The position numbers were made by a program, and so were the translations under genes. Shown piece by piece: positions 51,578-60,534 of a stretch of DNA of 64,000 bases (position 1 is the stretch's first letter; every line of letters starts with the position of its first letter). The notes below the pieces were generated by a model, which did no database searches, was not told the origin of the DNA, and was given only the letters and a program-made list of their open reading frames with translations. Source of the DNA: an uncultured Candidatus Saccharibacteria bacterium (GTDB lineage: Bacteria > Patescibacteriota > Minisyncoccia > Phycocordibacterales > Phycocordibacteraceae); assembly GCA_964607655.1 (NCBI GenBank), contig CAZSKX010000003.1, positions 4,160 through 68,159 on the forward strand. The letters are read 5' to 3'.

Positions 51578-52408
51578 ATGGAACGCGCCTACCTCGACGC
51601 CCTTAAGAACATTCTTACGACCGGGGTCGATCGAACGGGACGCAATGGAGACACGCGGGCGAAATTCGCCATCCAACTGAGGCATGATTTTAAAGACGGA
51701 TTCCCGGCACTCACCACCAAAAAGCTTGCCTTTAAGGCGGTCAAAAGTGAATTGATTTGGTTCATTGAAGGTTCTCAGGACGAGAATCGACTTAAAGAAC
51801 TGAACGGCACCGATCGCACTATCTGGACTGCAAACGCTGAAGCTGACTATTGGAGCTCCAAAGCAGAATTCCCTGGAGATCTGGGGCGCATTTATGGTGT
51901 CCAATGGCGCCGGTGGCAGCGTAGCGACGGCAGCACGCTTGATCAGCTCGCCCGCGTGATAGACAAGATTAAAAACGATCCCGCTGATCGGCGCCTCATC
52001 GTCTCGGCATGGAACCCTGGAGAACTCGAACAAATGGCGCTACCGCCCTGTCATATGTTCTTCCAGTTCTTTGTCTCTGATGATCAGCTGTCACTGCACA
52101 TGGTCCAGCGTTCCTGCGACATGTTCCTGGGTGTTCCCTTTAACATTGCCTCGTATGCGCTCCTGCTCGCGATGGTCGCGCAAGTGACGGGCAAAGTCCC
52201 TCACGAGCTTGTACTGACTCTGAATGACGCTCATATCTACCACGATCATTTTGATGCCGTCGAAGAACAGCTTTCCCGCGAGCCGCTTCCATTCCCTAAG
52301 CTCTGGCTCAATCCTGACGTTCAGGATATCGACCGGTTTACTATGGAGGACATCCGGCTTGAGGACTATCGTTCTCACGAAGCGATCAAGGCCGCGATGG
52401 CTGTATAA
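51578..52408 (+). CDS. thyA: thymidylate synthase (ThyA type)
   Basis: 'DRTGRNGDTRAKFAIQLRHD', 'ALPPCHMFFQFFV' (catalytic Cys), and C-terminal '...AAMAV'. Confidence 0.9.
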   Translation: MERAYLDALKNILTTGVDRTGRNGDTRAKFAIQLRHDFKDGFPALTTKKLAFKAVKSELIWFIEGSQDENRLKELNGTDRTIWTANAEADYWSSKAEFPGDLGRIYGVQWRRWQRSDGSTLDQLARVIDKIKNDPADRRLIVSAWNPGELEQMALPPCHMFFQFFVSDDQLSLHMVQRSCDMFLGVPFNIASYALLLAMVAQVTGKVPHELVLTLNDAHIYHDHFDAVEEQLSREPLPFPKLWLNPDVQDIDRFTMEDIRLEDYRSHEAIKAAMAV

Positions 52409-52419
52409 CAAATAACCCT

Positions 52420-53142
52420 ATGGCTCTCTCTGATAGACGAATACTCGAAGAAATGAAAAAGGGCGCGATCATTATCGCCCCCTTTGAGCGCGATCATTTA
52501 GCGACGAGCAGTTATGACGTTACCCTGGGTGAATATTTCTATCGCGAACAACCACCCAAGTCTAATCACAGTCTCTACAATATTTGGAGTCATTCGCAGA
52601 TGGAGCACGTCTGGGGCGCCAACCAGAAGGCGGAGCGAGCGATGAGCGCAAAAGAGGCCTTCAAAGAATTCAACTTTGATTTTAACGATGGCATCCACGC
52701 TGACGACAAGGTGATCATACTTCGCCCGGGCGAAACAATACTCGCCCATACCCAAGAGTTTATCGGTGGAAAGGACCACATCACCACAATGATGAAGGCG
52801 CGCTCGTCGACCGGGCGAAACTTTATCGAGGTATGCAAGTGCGCGGGATGGGGCGACGTAGGATACACGAATCGATGGACGATGGAGATCACCAACAATT
52901 CTCGTAACTACATCATCCCGCTCGTCGTGGGGAGGCGCATTGCACAAATTATTTTCTTTGAGACCGGTCCTATTCTCGCCAAAGACTACACGGCAAGTGG
53001 TAAGTATGCGGGGTCAACGAATCTGAGCGTACTTAAAAAGTCCTGGCGTCCTGAAATGATGCTTCCCCGTCTTTGGGCAGATCGCGACATAAAGAAGAAG
53101 CAGCCTTGGCATAAGAAATCTCGTAAGCCGAAGCATGCTTAG
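52420..53142 (+). CDS. dcd: dCTP deaminase (possibly bifunctional dCTP deaminase/dUTPase-like)
   Basis: 'ALSDRRILEEMKKGAIIIAPFERDHL' Dcd N-terminus and a jelly-roll dUTPase-like fold. Confidence 0.7.
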   Translation: MALSDRRILEEMKKGAIIIAPFERDHLATSSYDVTLGEYFYREQPPKSNHSLYNIWSHSQMEHVWGANQKAERAMSAKEAFKEFNFDFNDGIHADDKVIILRPGETILAHTQEFIGGKDHITTMMKARSSTGRNFIEVCKCAGWGDVGYTNRWTMEITNNSRNYIIPLVVGRRIAQIIFFETGPILAKDYTASGKYAGSTNLSVLKKSWRPEMMLPRLWADRDIKKKQPWHKKSRKPKHA

Positions 53143-53620
53143 TATTATCGCCGCTATCGGAAAGAACCGTGAGCTTGGTTTAGAGGGAAATCTCTTGTGG
53201 CACCTGCCTGATGATCTAAAACGGTTTAAGGCCCTCACCACGGGCCATCCCGTTATCATGGGCCGCAAAACTTGGGGGAGTCTCCCCGATCGAGCACGTC
53301 CCCTCCCCAACCGGACTAACATTGTCGTGACTCGACAGGCTGCGTTCGAAGCTCCGGGCGCTGTAGTCGTTAATTCATTCGAGGAAGCGCGCGCCGCTGC
53401 GGCGCGCGCAGAAGGCGCAGAGGAAGTGTTTGTGATTGGTGGCGGCGAACTCTACGCGGTAGCACTTCCTTCCACCGATCGCCTCTATCTCACTCTCATT
53501 GACGCCTCCGCTCCAGCCGATACTTTCTTCCCTCCCTATGATCAATTTTCAAAAGTTATCAACGACGAGAGTGTAGAGGGCGATCCGCCTCACAGATTCG
53601 TTACCTTAGAGAAACAATAA
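53135..53620 (+). CDS. folA: dihydrofolate reductase
   Basis: 'MLSIIAAIGKNRELGLEGNLLWHLPDDLKRFKALTTGHPVIMGRKTWGSLP'. Confidence 0.85.
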   Translation: MLSIIAAIGKNRELGLEGNLLWHLPDDLKRFKALTTGHPVIMGRKTWGSLPDRARPLPNRTNIVVTRQAAFEAPGAVVVNSFEEARAAAARAEGAEEVFVIGGGELYAVALPSTDRLYLTLIDASAPADTFFPPYDQFSKVINDESVEGDPPHRFVTLEKQ

Positions 53621-53621
53621 A

Positions 53622-53650
53622 AGCGCCTAAGGCGCCTTTATTGTTTCTTC
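53622..53650. terminator. terminator hairpin (bidirectional, between folA and rplK)
   Basis: 'aaaagcgcc ttag gcgccttta'. Confidence 0.55.
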
Positions 53651-53661
53651 TTTTGGAAAAG

Positions 53662-54084
53662 TTATTTGATCACTTCGACGCCCATTGATCGCGCGGTACC
53701 CGCGATCGTGCGAGCCGCAGCTTCTGCTGAAGCAGCGTTCATGTCGGGGCTCTTCTCCTTCACAATCTCTTCGATCTGAGCCATCGTGATCTTGCCCACC
53801 TTCTGAAGAGGAGCCTTGCCCGAACCCTTCTCCACACCGATCGCCTTCAAGATGAGGCGTGAAGCGGGTGGGTTCTTAAGGATAAAGGTGAACGTGCGGT
53901 CATCCATGACCGAGAGCTCAACCGGGATGATCATCCCGCGCTTGTCCTTAGTCGCCTCGTTGAACTGGGTCACAAACTGACCAATGTTCACGCCGGCTGG
54001 GCCGAGCGCTGTACCTACCGGAGGCGCAGGGGTTGCTGCCCCGCCCGGGATCTGGAGTTTAATTTTCTTTGTTACCGTTGCCAT
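53662..54084 (-). CDS. rplK: 50S ribosomal protein L11
   Basis: '[34 protein letters not shown]'. Confidence 0.9.
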   Translation of the reverse strand: MATVTKKIKLQIPGGAATPAPPVGTALGPAGVNIGQFVTQFNEATKDKRGMIIPVELSVMDDRTFTFILKNPPASRLILKAIGVEKGSGKAPLQKVGKITMAQIEEIVKEKSPDMNAASAEAAARTIAGTARSMGVEVIK

Positions 54085-54124
54085 AGACTGTGTGAGAATA
54101 CCTTAGTATCGATAAATTGCCAAA

Positions 54125-54808
54125 TCAGAGCTTGCGCACCTGAAGGAAGTCGAGCTCCACGGGGGTCTCACGACCGAACATCGAGACCATCACTTTCACC
54201 TTGCCGCGATCCTCGTCGATCTCACCCACCTTGCCCTCGAGATCCTTAAACGGCCCGTCAACGATCGCGACCGGGTCATCTTTCATAAGATCGATGCGGT
54301 GCTTCGGCGCGTCAGCGTTCATGCGCTTGGTGAGGGTTGCCACCTCGCTCTCCTCCATCGGCACCGGCGTGTTACCTGCGCCGACGAATCCAGTTACGCG
54401 CGGCGTGTTACGCACCACGAACCACGAATCGTCGTCGACGATCATGCGCACGAGGATGTACCCAGGATAAATCTTCTCCTCCTCGACGATGCGCTTCCCT
54501 GCCTTCACACGGATCTTCTTCTCGGTCGGTACGACCACATCGAAGATCTTGTTCTCCATGCCGAGCGACTCGATGCGCTGCTTTAAGTTACGCTCCACTG
54601 CGTTCTCGTACCCCGCATAGGTGTGGATCGTGTACCAACGAGCATCCTCCTTGTTGGGAGCAGTCTGATCGATAATCTCTTTCTTCACGCCTGGAGCGAT
54701 GTCGGCCATAGCCGGCTCATCGTCGGCAAAGTCGTCCGACAACTCAAATCCTGGTATTGCTGGCTTGTTCTCTTGGTCGTCCATGGTGAGAAAGTTAGGC
54801 TCCGACAA
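54125..54808 (-). CDS. nusG: transcription termination/antitermination factor NusG (with N-terminal extension)
   Basis: NGN domain 'RWYTIHTYAGYENAV' and KOW 'VAIVDGPFKDLEGKVGEID'. Confidence 0.9.
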   Translation of the reverse strand: MSEPNFLTMDDQENKPAIPGFELSDDFADDEPAMADIAPGVKKEIIDQTAPNKEDARWYTIHTYAGYENAVERNLKQRIESLGMENKIFDVVVPTEKKIRVKAGKRIVEEEKIYPGYILVRMIVDDDSWFVVRNTPRVTGFVGAGNTPVPMEESEVATLTKRMNADAPKHRIDLMKDDPVAIVDGPFKDLEGKVGEIDEDRGKVKVMVSMFGRETPVELDFLQVRKL

Positions 54809-54980
54809 GACCGCTCACCACACCTCCAAGGAGGTAGTCGGCAGCGGCCACCAAAAGAGTGATCAGGATCGCAATGACGATAACAACGAGGGTGTGTCCG
54901 ATCGCCTTACGACGCGTCGGCCACACAATGTGCTTAAACTCTTCGCGAACGTGATGGAAGTAGGTGGTCAGTGAGCTCAT
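54795..54980 (-). CDS. secE: preprotein translocase subunit SecE
   Basis: 61 aa, 'FKHIVWPTRRKAIGHTLVVIVIAILITL'. It sits in the conserved secE-nusG-rplK order. Confidence 0.8.
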   Translation of the reverse strand: MSSLTTYFHHVREEFKHIVWPTRRKAIGHTLVVIVIAILITLLVAAADYLLGGVVSGLVGA

Positions 54981-55029
54981 GGTGAGGATGGTCTACTAAA
55001 TAAAAAAGCCCTGCGGGCCTTTAATACCT

Positions 55030-55078
55030 GCAAGATACCAAAAGACCCCGGCCGCGTCAAGCGGCCGGGGTCTTTTCC
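55030..55078. terminator. terminator hairpin
   Basis: 'aaaagaccccggccgc gtcaa gcggccggggtcttttcc'. Confidence 0.65.
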
Positions 55079-55084
55079 TCTAAC

Positions 55085-55873
55085 TTAGCGTATCTCGTAG
55101 GTGATCGAGACCGTCGCGTTGTAGGTATTCTGCCCTGTTGGGATAGCTGGCGCGACTGACTTCATGTCCAGACTGCGCTCTGCAGACCCGAGACCGTACA
55201 TCATAGGGTATGGGCCCCCTGAAGACTCTGAGAAGTTTACGATCTTGCCGAGGCGCACGCCGAGCTGTCGAGACAGCGCCTTGGCCTGTGCCTTAGCCTT
55301 CTCGATAGCGTCTGCGCGTGCCGCGTCATAGCCAGCCGTAGCATCGTCGAGCGCGAAGTTTGGCCCCGAAATACCCTGCACTTCGAGCTTCCCGAGACCA
55401 GCGAGGAGATCGCCCACGATCTTCAAGTCACGCACAGTGACCTGAACCGTCTGTGACACTTCGTACCCGGTCACCCGTGGCGTACCTGGACAGTACACGC
55501 CAGGAACACAGTTCGAATAGGCGTACTGTGGGGTAATGTTGTAGGCGAGCGTCTTAATATCTTTCTCTTCCACTCCCTGCCCCTTCACGTAGTCGATCGC
55601 TGCGTTTGTCTGCTTTGTCGTCTTGTCTTGTGCGTCAGAGACTGCGGGTGCTGAGTTCTGCACCGTAAACGAGATGCGCGCAACGTCCGGAGCCTTCGTA
55701 GCCTGGCCTTCGGCGCTCACGGTGATCGTGTCAGTGGCCGGGCGACCCGCGCGACCCATATCTTTCAGCGTGCCGATCGTTGATGCCAAAAGGAATACGG
55801 CAAGCAATACCAGCACGGCTGTCAGGCTGTTTCGAATCCGGTTATTTGAGAGTTGTATCAAAAAGTCATTCAT
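55085..55873 (-). CDS. SIMPL-domain (DUF541) periplasmic protein
   Basis: N-terminal anchor, then 'ITVSAEGQATKAPDVARISFTVQ...AIDYVKGQGVEEKDIKT'. Confidence 0.7.
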   Translation of the reverse strand: MNDFLIQLSNNRIRNSLTAVLVLLAVFLLASTIGTLKDMGRAGRPATDTITVSAEGQATKAPDVARISFTVQNSAPAVSDAQDKTTKQTNAAIDYVKGQGVEEKDIKTLAYNITPQYAYSNCVPGVYCPGTPRVTGYEVSQTVQVTVRDLKIVGDLLAGLGKLEVQGISGPNFALDDATAGYDAARADAIEKAKAQAKALSRQLGVRLGKIVNFSESSGGPYPMMYGLGSAERSLDMKSVAPAIPTGQNTYNATVSITYEIR

Positions 55874-55903
55874 AGGATTAAGGATTACGAGGCTAGTGTA
55901 CCA

Positions 55904-56554
55904 CTAGCGAGACTGGAGCGTCGAGAGCATCCCGCGGAGCCCCTGCTGCGCCGGAAGCGCGGTGACGTCTAGGCTTGGCTCCATCCAGTCGACCACACCC
56001 CGATCCGTCGCGTCGAAACGAAGCACGTCGCCAGGGCGCGTGAGGTAGTACGCCACCTGCACCACCGCTTCGAAACGCTCGATCGGCACGACCGTAAACG
56101 TGCGCCCGCCAAGGGTAACCGAAGAGAACTGCGCCGGACTCACCGGGAGCCCCGAGGCGCCGCCAATCGCTGTTTCTTGAATTATCGCGAGCGGGGTCGT
56201 TGAGGCGGTGAGCGGATATTTACGGATCTCCACACTCTTCGGCTCGAGCGCGCTTTGTCCTGGCGCCTCATAGCGCGCGACTATCTCCTCAGTCGCTCCA
56301 ACCGCGCCAAACCCACTCGGGAGCACAAAGGTAAGGCCAAGGTCGTCGAGCGTCACGTTTGGTGGTGGACAAGCCGCAAACGCACACGAAAGCGGCACGG
56401 GCGAGAGCTCGGTCCCATCAGGACAGACGAGACGCTCGATCGGGCAATTAATCTGTCGGTCCTTATACTCGATCGCATTACGATAAAAGAACCCGCCAAA
56501 GCCGATAAAGATAATAAACACTATACCGAGAAGAAGTCGTCGCATGGTGAGCAT
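55904..56554 (-). CDS. hypothetical membrane-anchored protein
   Basis: N-terminal TM helix and a Cys-containing periplasmic region. Confidence 0.35.
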   Translation of the reverse strand: MLTMRRLLLGIVFIIFIGFGGFFYRNAIEYKDRQINCPIERLVCPDGTELSPVPLSCAFAACPPPNVTLDDLGLTFVLPSGFGAVGATEEIVARYEAPGQSALEPKSVEIRKYPLTASTTPLAIIQETAIGGASGLPVSPAQFSSVTLGGRTFTVVPIERFEAVVQVAYYLTRPGDVLRFDATDRGVVDWMEPSLDVTALPAQQGLRGMLSTLQSR

Positions 56555-56563
56555 GATACCACC

Positions 56564-57016
56564 CTACCCCGCGAGGCTCCTGCGAGGCTCGACATGCGAC
56601 GCGATGTGGATCGCGAGCGCGATAAGGGCGAGGTTTTTAATAATGTACTGCCCCTCAAGTGTGGGCACCATGAAGCTGGTCCAGATCTCGGCTGGGAGGA
56701 GTACGAGCGGGCCTGACGTCATGATCATGTGCGCCAACATGACCGGTATCACCACGCGCTCAGCACCCCGCATCAAGAACAGAATGCCGATCAAACATTC
56801 GAAAACACCAAAGGCGATCAGAAACGGCCCGAAGGTGACAAACGACGCGAGGCTCTCATTAAAGAGCCGCTCCACTACCCCGCTCGCCGGCGAGAGGCCA
56901 ATGATCTTCAGAAACCCAAACCAGAAATACACGACGAACAGCGCGAACCGCGCGAACGGTAACGACACGCGCCTAAAAAACTGTATTGCTCGGGCATCAA
57001 ATTCTTGAAACGTCAT
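56564..57016 (-). CDS. DoxX-like small membrane protein
   Basis: Four TM helices, about 150 aa. Confidence 0.4.
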   Translation of the reverse strand: MTFQEFDARAIQFFRRVSLPFARFALFVVYFWFGFLKIIGLSPASGVVERLFNESLASFVTFGPFLIAFGVFECLIGILFLMRGAERVVIPVMLAHMIMTSGPLVLLPAEIWTSFMVPTLEGQYIIKNLALIALAIHIASHVEPRRSLAG

Positions 57017-57060
57017 TTGTCTAGTATACCCCTTTGCTGATTACTCTCTGCTCGTTTCGG

Positions 57061-57100
57061 GGCGACTATCGGGAATCGAACCTGAATTGCATATTGTGTC
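57061..57100 (-). pseudogene. orphan tRNA 3' fragment (T-arm + acceptor 3' strand, no 5' half)
   Basis: RNA sense '...TTCAGGTTCGATTCCCGATAGTCGCC': a canonical T-loop TTCGATT and acceptor strand, but no matching 5' half upstream. Confidence 0.35.
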
Positions 57101-57103
57101 TAT

Positions 57104-57180
57104 TGGGGTGGTCGATGGGGCACGATCCCACAACCTTCGGTACCACAAACCGATGCTCTACCAATTGAGCTACGACCACC
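57104..57180 (-). tRNA. tRNA-His (GUG)
   Basis: Reverse complement: G(-1)GTGGTCG-TA-GCTCAATTGGTAGAGC-A-TCGGT-TTGTGGT-ACCGA-AGGTT-GTGGGATCGTGCCCCAT-CGACCAC-C-CCA. The G-1:C73 pair is diagnostic of tRNA-His. Anticodon GTG. Confidence 0.85.
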
Positions 57181-57183
57181 ATA

Positions 57184-57675
57184 TTACTCACATTTTAAGA
57201 ATCTCGCGCGCTCCTCTTCGTAGTGATGCACCAGGAAATGGCAGTTATTACAAAGCCAAGCGAGGTTCTCCAGCGTGTTATTTTTCCGGTTCTTATCGAT
57301 GTGATGCACCGCCAAAACCCGGTAATCCTCAGTCTTACATAAACGACAGATTTTTGGAACCTTGTACCGCTCCATGGTCGCTCGATAGACAAACTCCCCC
57401 GTCTTAAAATTTTTATGCGCCGAACCGATGTAGAGCTGATTACGCCACTGTGTCTGACAACTTTTTGAGCAGAAATACTTGCCACTTTTTGATCCTTTGA
57501 GTCCCTTCTGCGTTTTGTAGGTCAACTTTTCGCACACAGCACACTTCACCTGTTCACCATTACGCATGCTCAAATGATGGCATTCTGCTGAGCAGAATTT
57601 ACCATTACCCGCCTTGAGCCAAGATGGTTTAGCATAGAAAGATTTACCGCATCGGCCGCATTTCACCTCTGCCAT
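57184..57675 (-). CDS. free-standing HNH endonuclease with N-terminal Cys-rich zinc-finger region
   Basis: 'VLAVHHIDKNRKNNTLENLAWLCNNCHFLVHH' HNH motif and Cys pairs 'CGRCGK...CSAECHH', 'CAVCEK...CSKSC'. Local GC is lower than its surroundings. Confidence 0.65.
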   Translation of the reverse strand: MAEVKCGRCGKSFYAKPSWLKAGNGKFCSAECHHLSMRNGEQVKCAVCEKLTYKTQKGLKGSKSGKYFCSKSCQTQWRNQLYIGSAHKNFKTGEFVYRATMERYKVPKICRLCKTEDYRVLAVHHIDKNRKNNTLENLAWLCNNCHFLVHHYEEERARFLKCE

Positions 57676-57747
57676 CAGTCCATTTTACGGCAAACCATGC
57701 AGAGGTAAAAGGTACGAGTTGTGGATATATAGATGCTGGCTCTCTCC

Positions 57748-58278
57748 CTAATACTTCGGATTCTCCTCCGGCACTCCCGCGAGGTGGTTCGCGAGGCGCG
57801 CGAGCGCGAAGAGGAGTGAGGAGAGACGGTTCATGTACGCGCGCGTTTCGGGCGTAAGCTCACGCAGCCCGCCCTCGACCACCGCTACGGTACGCCTCTC
57901 AGCGCGGCGCGAGAGGGTCCGCGCGACGTCGAGGAGCGCGGAGAGCTCGGTGCCGCCCGCCACCGAGAAACCTTTGAGGGGTGGAATCTCTTTTTCAATC
58001 CCGTTTACGATCTCTTCTACCGCCTTCACGTCCTCTTCCCCGAGGTGCTTGTCGGCCCCCGCCACCTCAGCCTGAACGATAAATAATTTCTCCTGAACAT
58101 CCCGCAATGTTTCGCGAATGCGCGGCTCATCTGTCTGCGTACGGACATATCCAATGAACGCATTCAGTTCATCGAGTGAACCGAGCGCTTCGGGTAATTC
58201 TGAGGCTTTAGAAATGCGGGGCTGATCAGTCCCAAACGTTTTGGTGGTACCTCCATCGCCTTTGCCTGTGTAGAGCAT
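57748..58278 (-). CDS. ATP:cob(I)alamin adenosyltransferase, PduO type
   Basis: 'MLYTGKGDGGTTKTFG...LGSLDELNAFIG' PduO/MMAB N-terminal signature. Confidence 0.75.
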   Translation of the reverse strand: MLYTGKGDGGTTKTFGTDQPRISKASELPEALGSLDELNAFIGYVRTQTDEPRIRETLRDVQEKLFIVQAEVAGADKHLGEEDVKAVEEIVNGIEKEIPPLKGFSVAGGTELSALLDVARTLSRRAERRTVAVVEGGLRELTPETRAYMNRLSSLLFALARLANHLAGVPEENPKY

Positions 58279-58300
58279 AGATAGGTCTATTGTACATAAG

Positions 58301-58330
58301 TTGACAGCAAGTCCTACCCCTCTCTAAGAT
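58301..58330 (+). promoter_or_regulatory. candidate sigma-70 promoter for the dnaA-like gene
   Basis: TTGACA (58301-58306), an 18-nt spacer, then TAAGAT (58325-58330), about 60 nt upstream of the ATG at 58393. Confidence 0.35.
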
Positions 58331-58392
58331 GCGGGTAGACCGCGAACCTTGAATGAACGAGTAATCACTGTTTACAACCAGAGGGGAGACGA

Positions 58393-59763
58393 ATGAGCAG
58401 TCACGTGGCTGAAGCTCTGTGGGCAACCGCCTGCGGAGAGATCGAAAGCAGACTTTCTGAGAAAGATTTCCACACGTGGATCTTGGCACTCGAAGCAAGA
58501 TCCTTCGATGGCCAAACGCTGGTCCTGGGAGCGCCTTTCGGGCTCTTCCGTGACCGCGTGAAGCAGTCGTTCCTTCCCGTCATCGAGACCTGCGTCTCGG
58601 TGGCGGCCAAGTGCGCCTGCGAGGTCACGATCGAGATCGGCCAGCTGAAGAACCTTTCAGCGACGCGACGAGAACGTCCTCTTCGGTGGACGCCGTCACC
58701 AAAGCGCGCGGGAGTTCCCACTTCTGCCAAAGTCAGATCGCTCCACGAGAAGACGTTCGACGGCTTCCTCGTCGGCGAGAGCAATCGGCTCGCCTATCTG
58801 GGCGCACGACAGCTCGCAGAAGCAACCGCTCCCGAGGGCAACAATCTGTTGTTTCTCTATGGCGGCGCGGGTCTCGGGAAAGCGCACCTGCTGCTCGCGA
58901 CCGCGCATGCTCTGCGCAGCCGCGGGAAGAAGGCGCTCTACTATCGAAGCGGGGACTTTGTCCGTCACGCGACCGCCTCGCTCGAGAGCGGACGGACGGA
59001 CGTGTTCCACGCCGAGATTCGGACCTGCGATGCCCTTCTCCTGAGCAAGGTGCAGCTTCTCTCCGGCAAGCAACAGGTCCAACAGGAGCTGTGTCGTGCC
59101 ATGAGTCTGTTGCACCAGGATGGAAAGCTGGTCGTGATCACGAGTGATCGATCGCCCGCCGAACTCGACGACTTCGATCCGGAGCTACAGAGACAGTTCG
59201 CGAGCGCTCCGTTCCTTGAAGTTGGCCCTCTCGACCAAGAGCTTCGGCTGCGCATCCTGCGCACCAAGCTCACCGAGAAGGGGCTTCGCCTCGAGGAGCA
59301 TGTTCTCGAGCGCCTGGCGACCCAGCTCCAGGGCAGCGTCCGCGAGATCGAAGGGTTGGCTTCGCATTTGCAGGCGGCGAATGGTCAAGAGCTGCTTGCC
59401 ACTGACGGAGAGCAGCTTGAAACCCTGATTCTGCCACACCTGGCGAGGCGAGGACCCGTCGATCTCGATGTCATCATCGACAACGTGGCGTGGATGCACG
59501 GCCTCACGCGGGATGAACTCCTGTCACGAGACCGTTCTCGCCGCATCGCGTGGCCCCGGCACAACGCCGCCTACCTGTGCCGAAAGCTTACCAAAGCTTC
59601 CCTCCCCGAGATCGGCGTCGCGCTTGGCGGGAGGAACCACACCTCGATCCTGCGCGCCGTACGATCGGTTACCGAGCGCCAGCTGAATGACTCGAGTTTC
59701 GCCAGCAAACTGCAGCAGCTGGAGAAGGCGATCGGGTCGGTGCCAGCGCTACGTGTTGCGTAA
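58393..59763 (+). CDS. DnaA-family protein with degenerate Walker A (GKA) and Walker B (SK for DD)
   Basis: All four DnaA domains are present: N-terminal domain I-like, AAA+ 'LFLYGGAGLGKAHLL', 'DALLLSKVQLL', sensor 'VVITSDRSP', 'SVREIEGL', and a C-terminal DNA-binding 'GGRNHTSILRAV'. Confidence 0.75.
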   Translation: MSSHVAEALWATACGEIESRLSEKDFHTWILALEARSFDGQTLVLGAPFGLFRDRVKQSFLPVIETCVSVAAKCACEVTIEIGQLKNLSATRRERPLRWTPSPKRAGVPTSAKVRSLHEKTFDGFLVGESNRLAYLGARQLAEATAPEGNNLLFLYGGAGLGKAHLLLATAHALRSRGKKALYYRSGDFVRHATASLESGRTDVFHAEIRTCDALLLSKVQLLSGKQQVQQELCRAMSLLHQDGKLVVITSDRSPAELDDFDPELQRQFASAPFLEVGPLDQELRLRILRTKLTEKGLRLEEHVLERLATQLQGSVREIEGLASHLQAANGQELLATDGEQLETLILPHLARRGPVDLDVIIDNVAWMHGLTRDELLSRDRSRRIAWPRHNAAYLCRKLTKASLPEIGVALGGRNHTSILRAVRSVTERQLNDSSFASKLQQLEKAIGSVPALRVA

Positions 59764-59826
59764 CACCAAATACTGAAGGGCGGTCCTTGGAGGAGGACCG
59801 CCCTTTCCTTTTGTCGCTTTCTTATA

Positions 59827-60531
59827 TTATCTATCAACCTTGCGTACGATACAGAGCGGTGTTTGTTCTGACGATTGGCCGAGCGGATTATCCCGGAACA
59901 CTTCCCTACAAAAGTCATCGGTGATAGCGGGCGACGACTTCCCGAGAATCGCCACGCCAAGATCGTTCGCGTCGATTATCACCACTTCGTGCTGCAGTAA
60001 CTTGGCGAGCTCGCGGGCCACATTGTCCGGATCCTTTGGGCCCAGTTTTGCGTAGTGGTTAAATGGTGGAAGCGTATAGTCACAAGGACCATCAATGGCA
60101 TTGATGTTATTCCCTACTACCTTATAGAAAACTCCACGCACCCCAAAAGGTTTGGTAAGTGCTGAGGCAAGCGCCGCAAAGAGCATGCGTGGTGCACCCG
60201 CCTCACGGAGCGCGAGCTCCATCGTCCACGGGCTTCCAAGTCCGATCCCGTGTGGAGACTTGTGCACAAACTTCACCAACAGCTTAGCGAGCCAGGAGGG
60301 CGCAATCTCGGCGATCGGGTACGCCCTTCCCTGACTGATCGCCACCACCCGCTCACTGATAAAGAGCATGTCGCCGGGGCGTAGGTGCGCTGTCGCGTAC
60401 TTCTTACAGACCTCTTTAATGTCGTCTTTGTCGGTAATGACATGCGTCTTGATCGGGAGGCGTGCGTAGGACGCACCCAAAACATCTATAATTAATTTCT
60501 TTCCTGCGTTTGGGACGAGATCTGATGGCAT
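59827..60531 (-). CDS. CofE-like protein (F420-0:gamma-glutamyl ligase family)
   Basis: 'MLFISERVVAISQGRAYPI' and overall CofE-like length and pattern. Confidence 0.45.
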   Translation of the reverse strand: MPSDLVPNAGKKLIIDVLGASYARLPIKTHVITDKDDIKEVCKKYATAHLRPGDMLFISERVVAISQGRAYPIAEIAPSWLAKLLVKFVHKSPHGIGLGSPWTMELALREAGAPRMLFAALASALTKPFGVRGVFYKVVGNNINAIDGPCDYTLPPFNHYAKLGPKDPDNVARELAKLLQHEVVIIDANDLGVAILGKSSPAITDDFCREVFRDNPLGQSSEQTPLCIVRKVDR

Positions 60532-60534
60532 GTC

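Noticed and set aside
58393-59763. Idea that the DnaA-like gene is a recent high-GC horizontal acquisition
   Set aside because: Its GC is about 60-62%, which matches the surrounding core genes (recA about 65%, ileS about 60%). There is no compositional anomaly.
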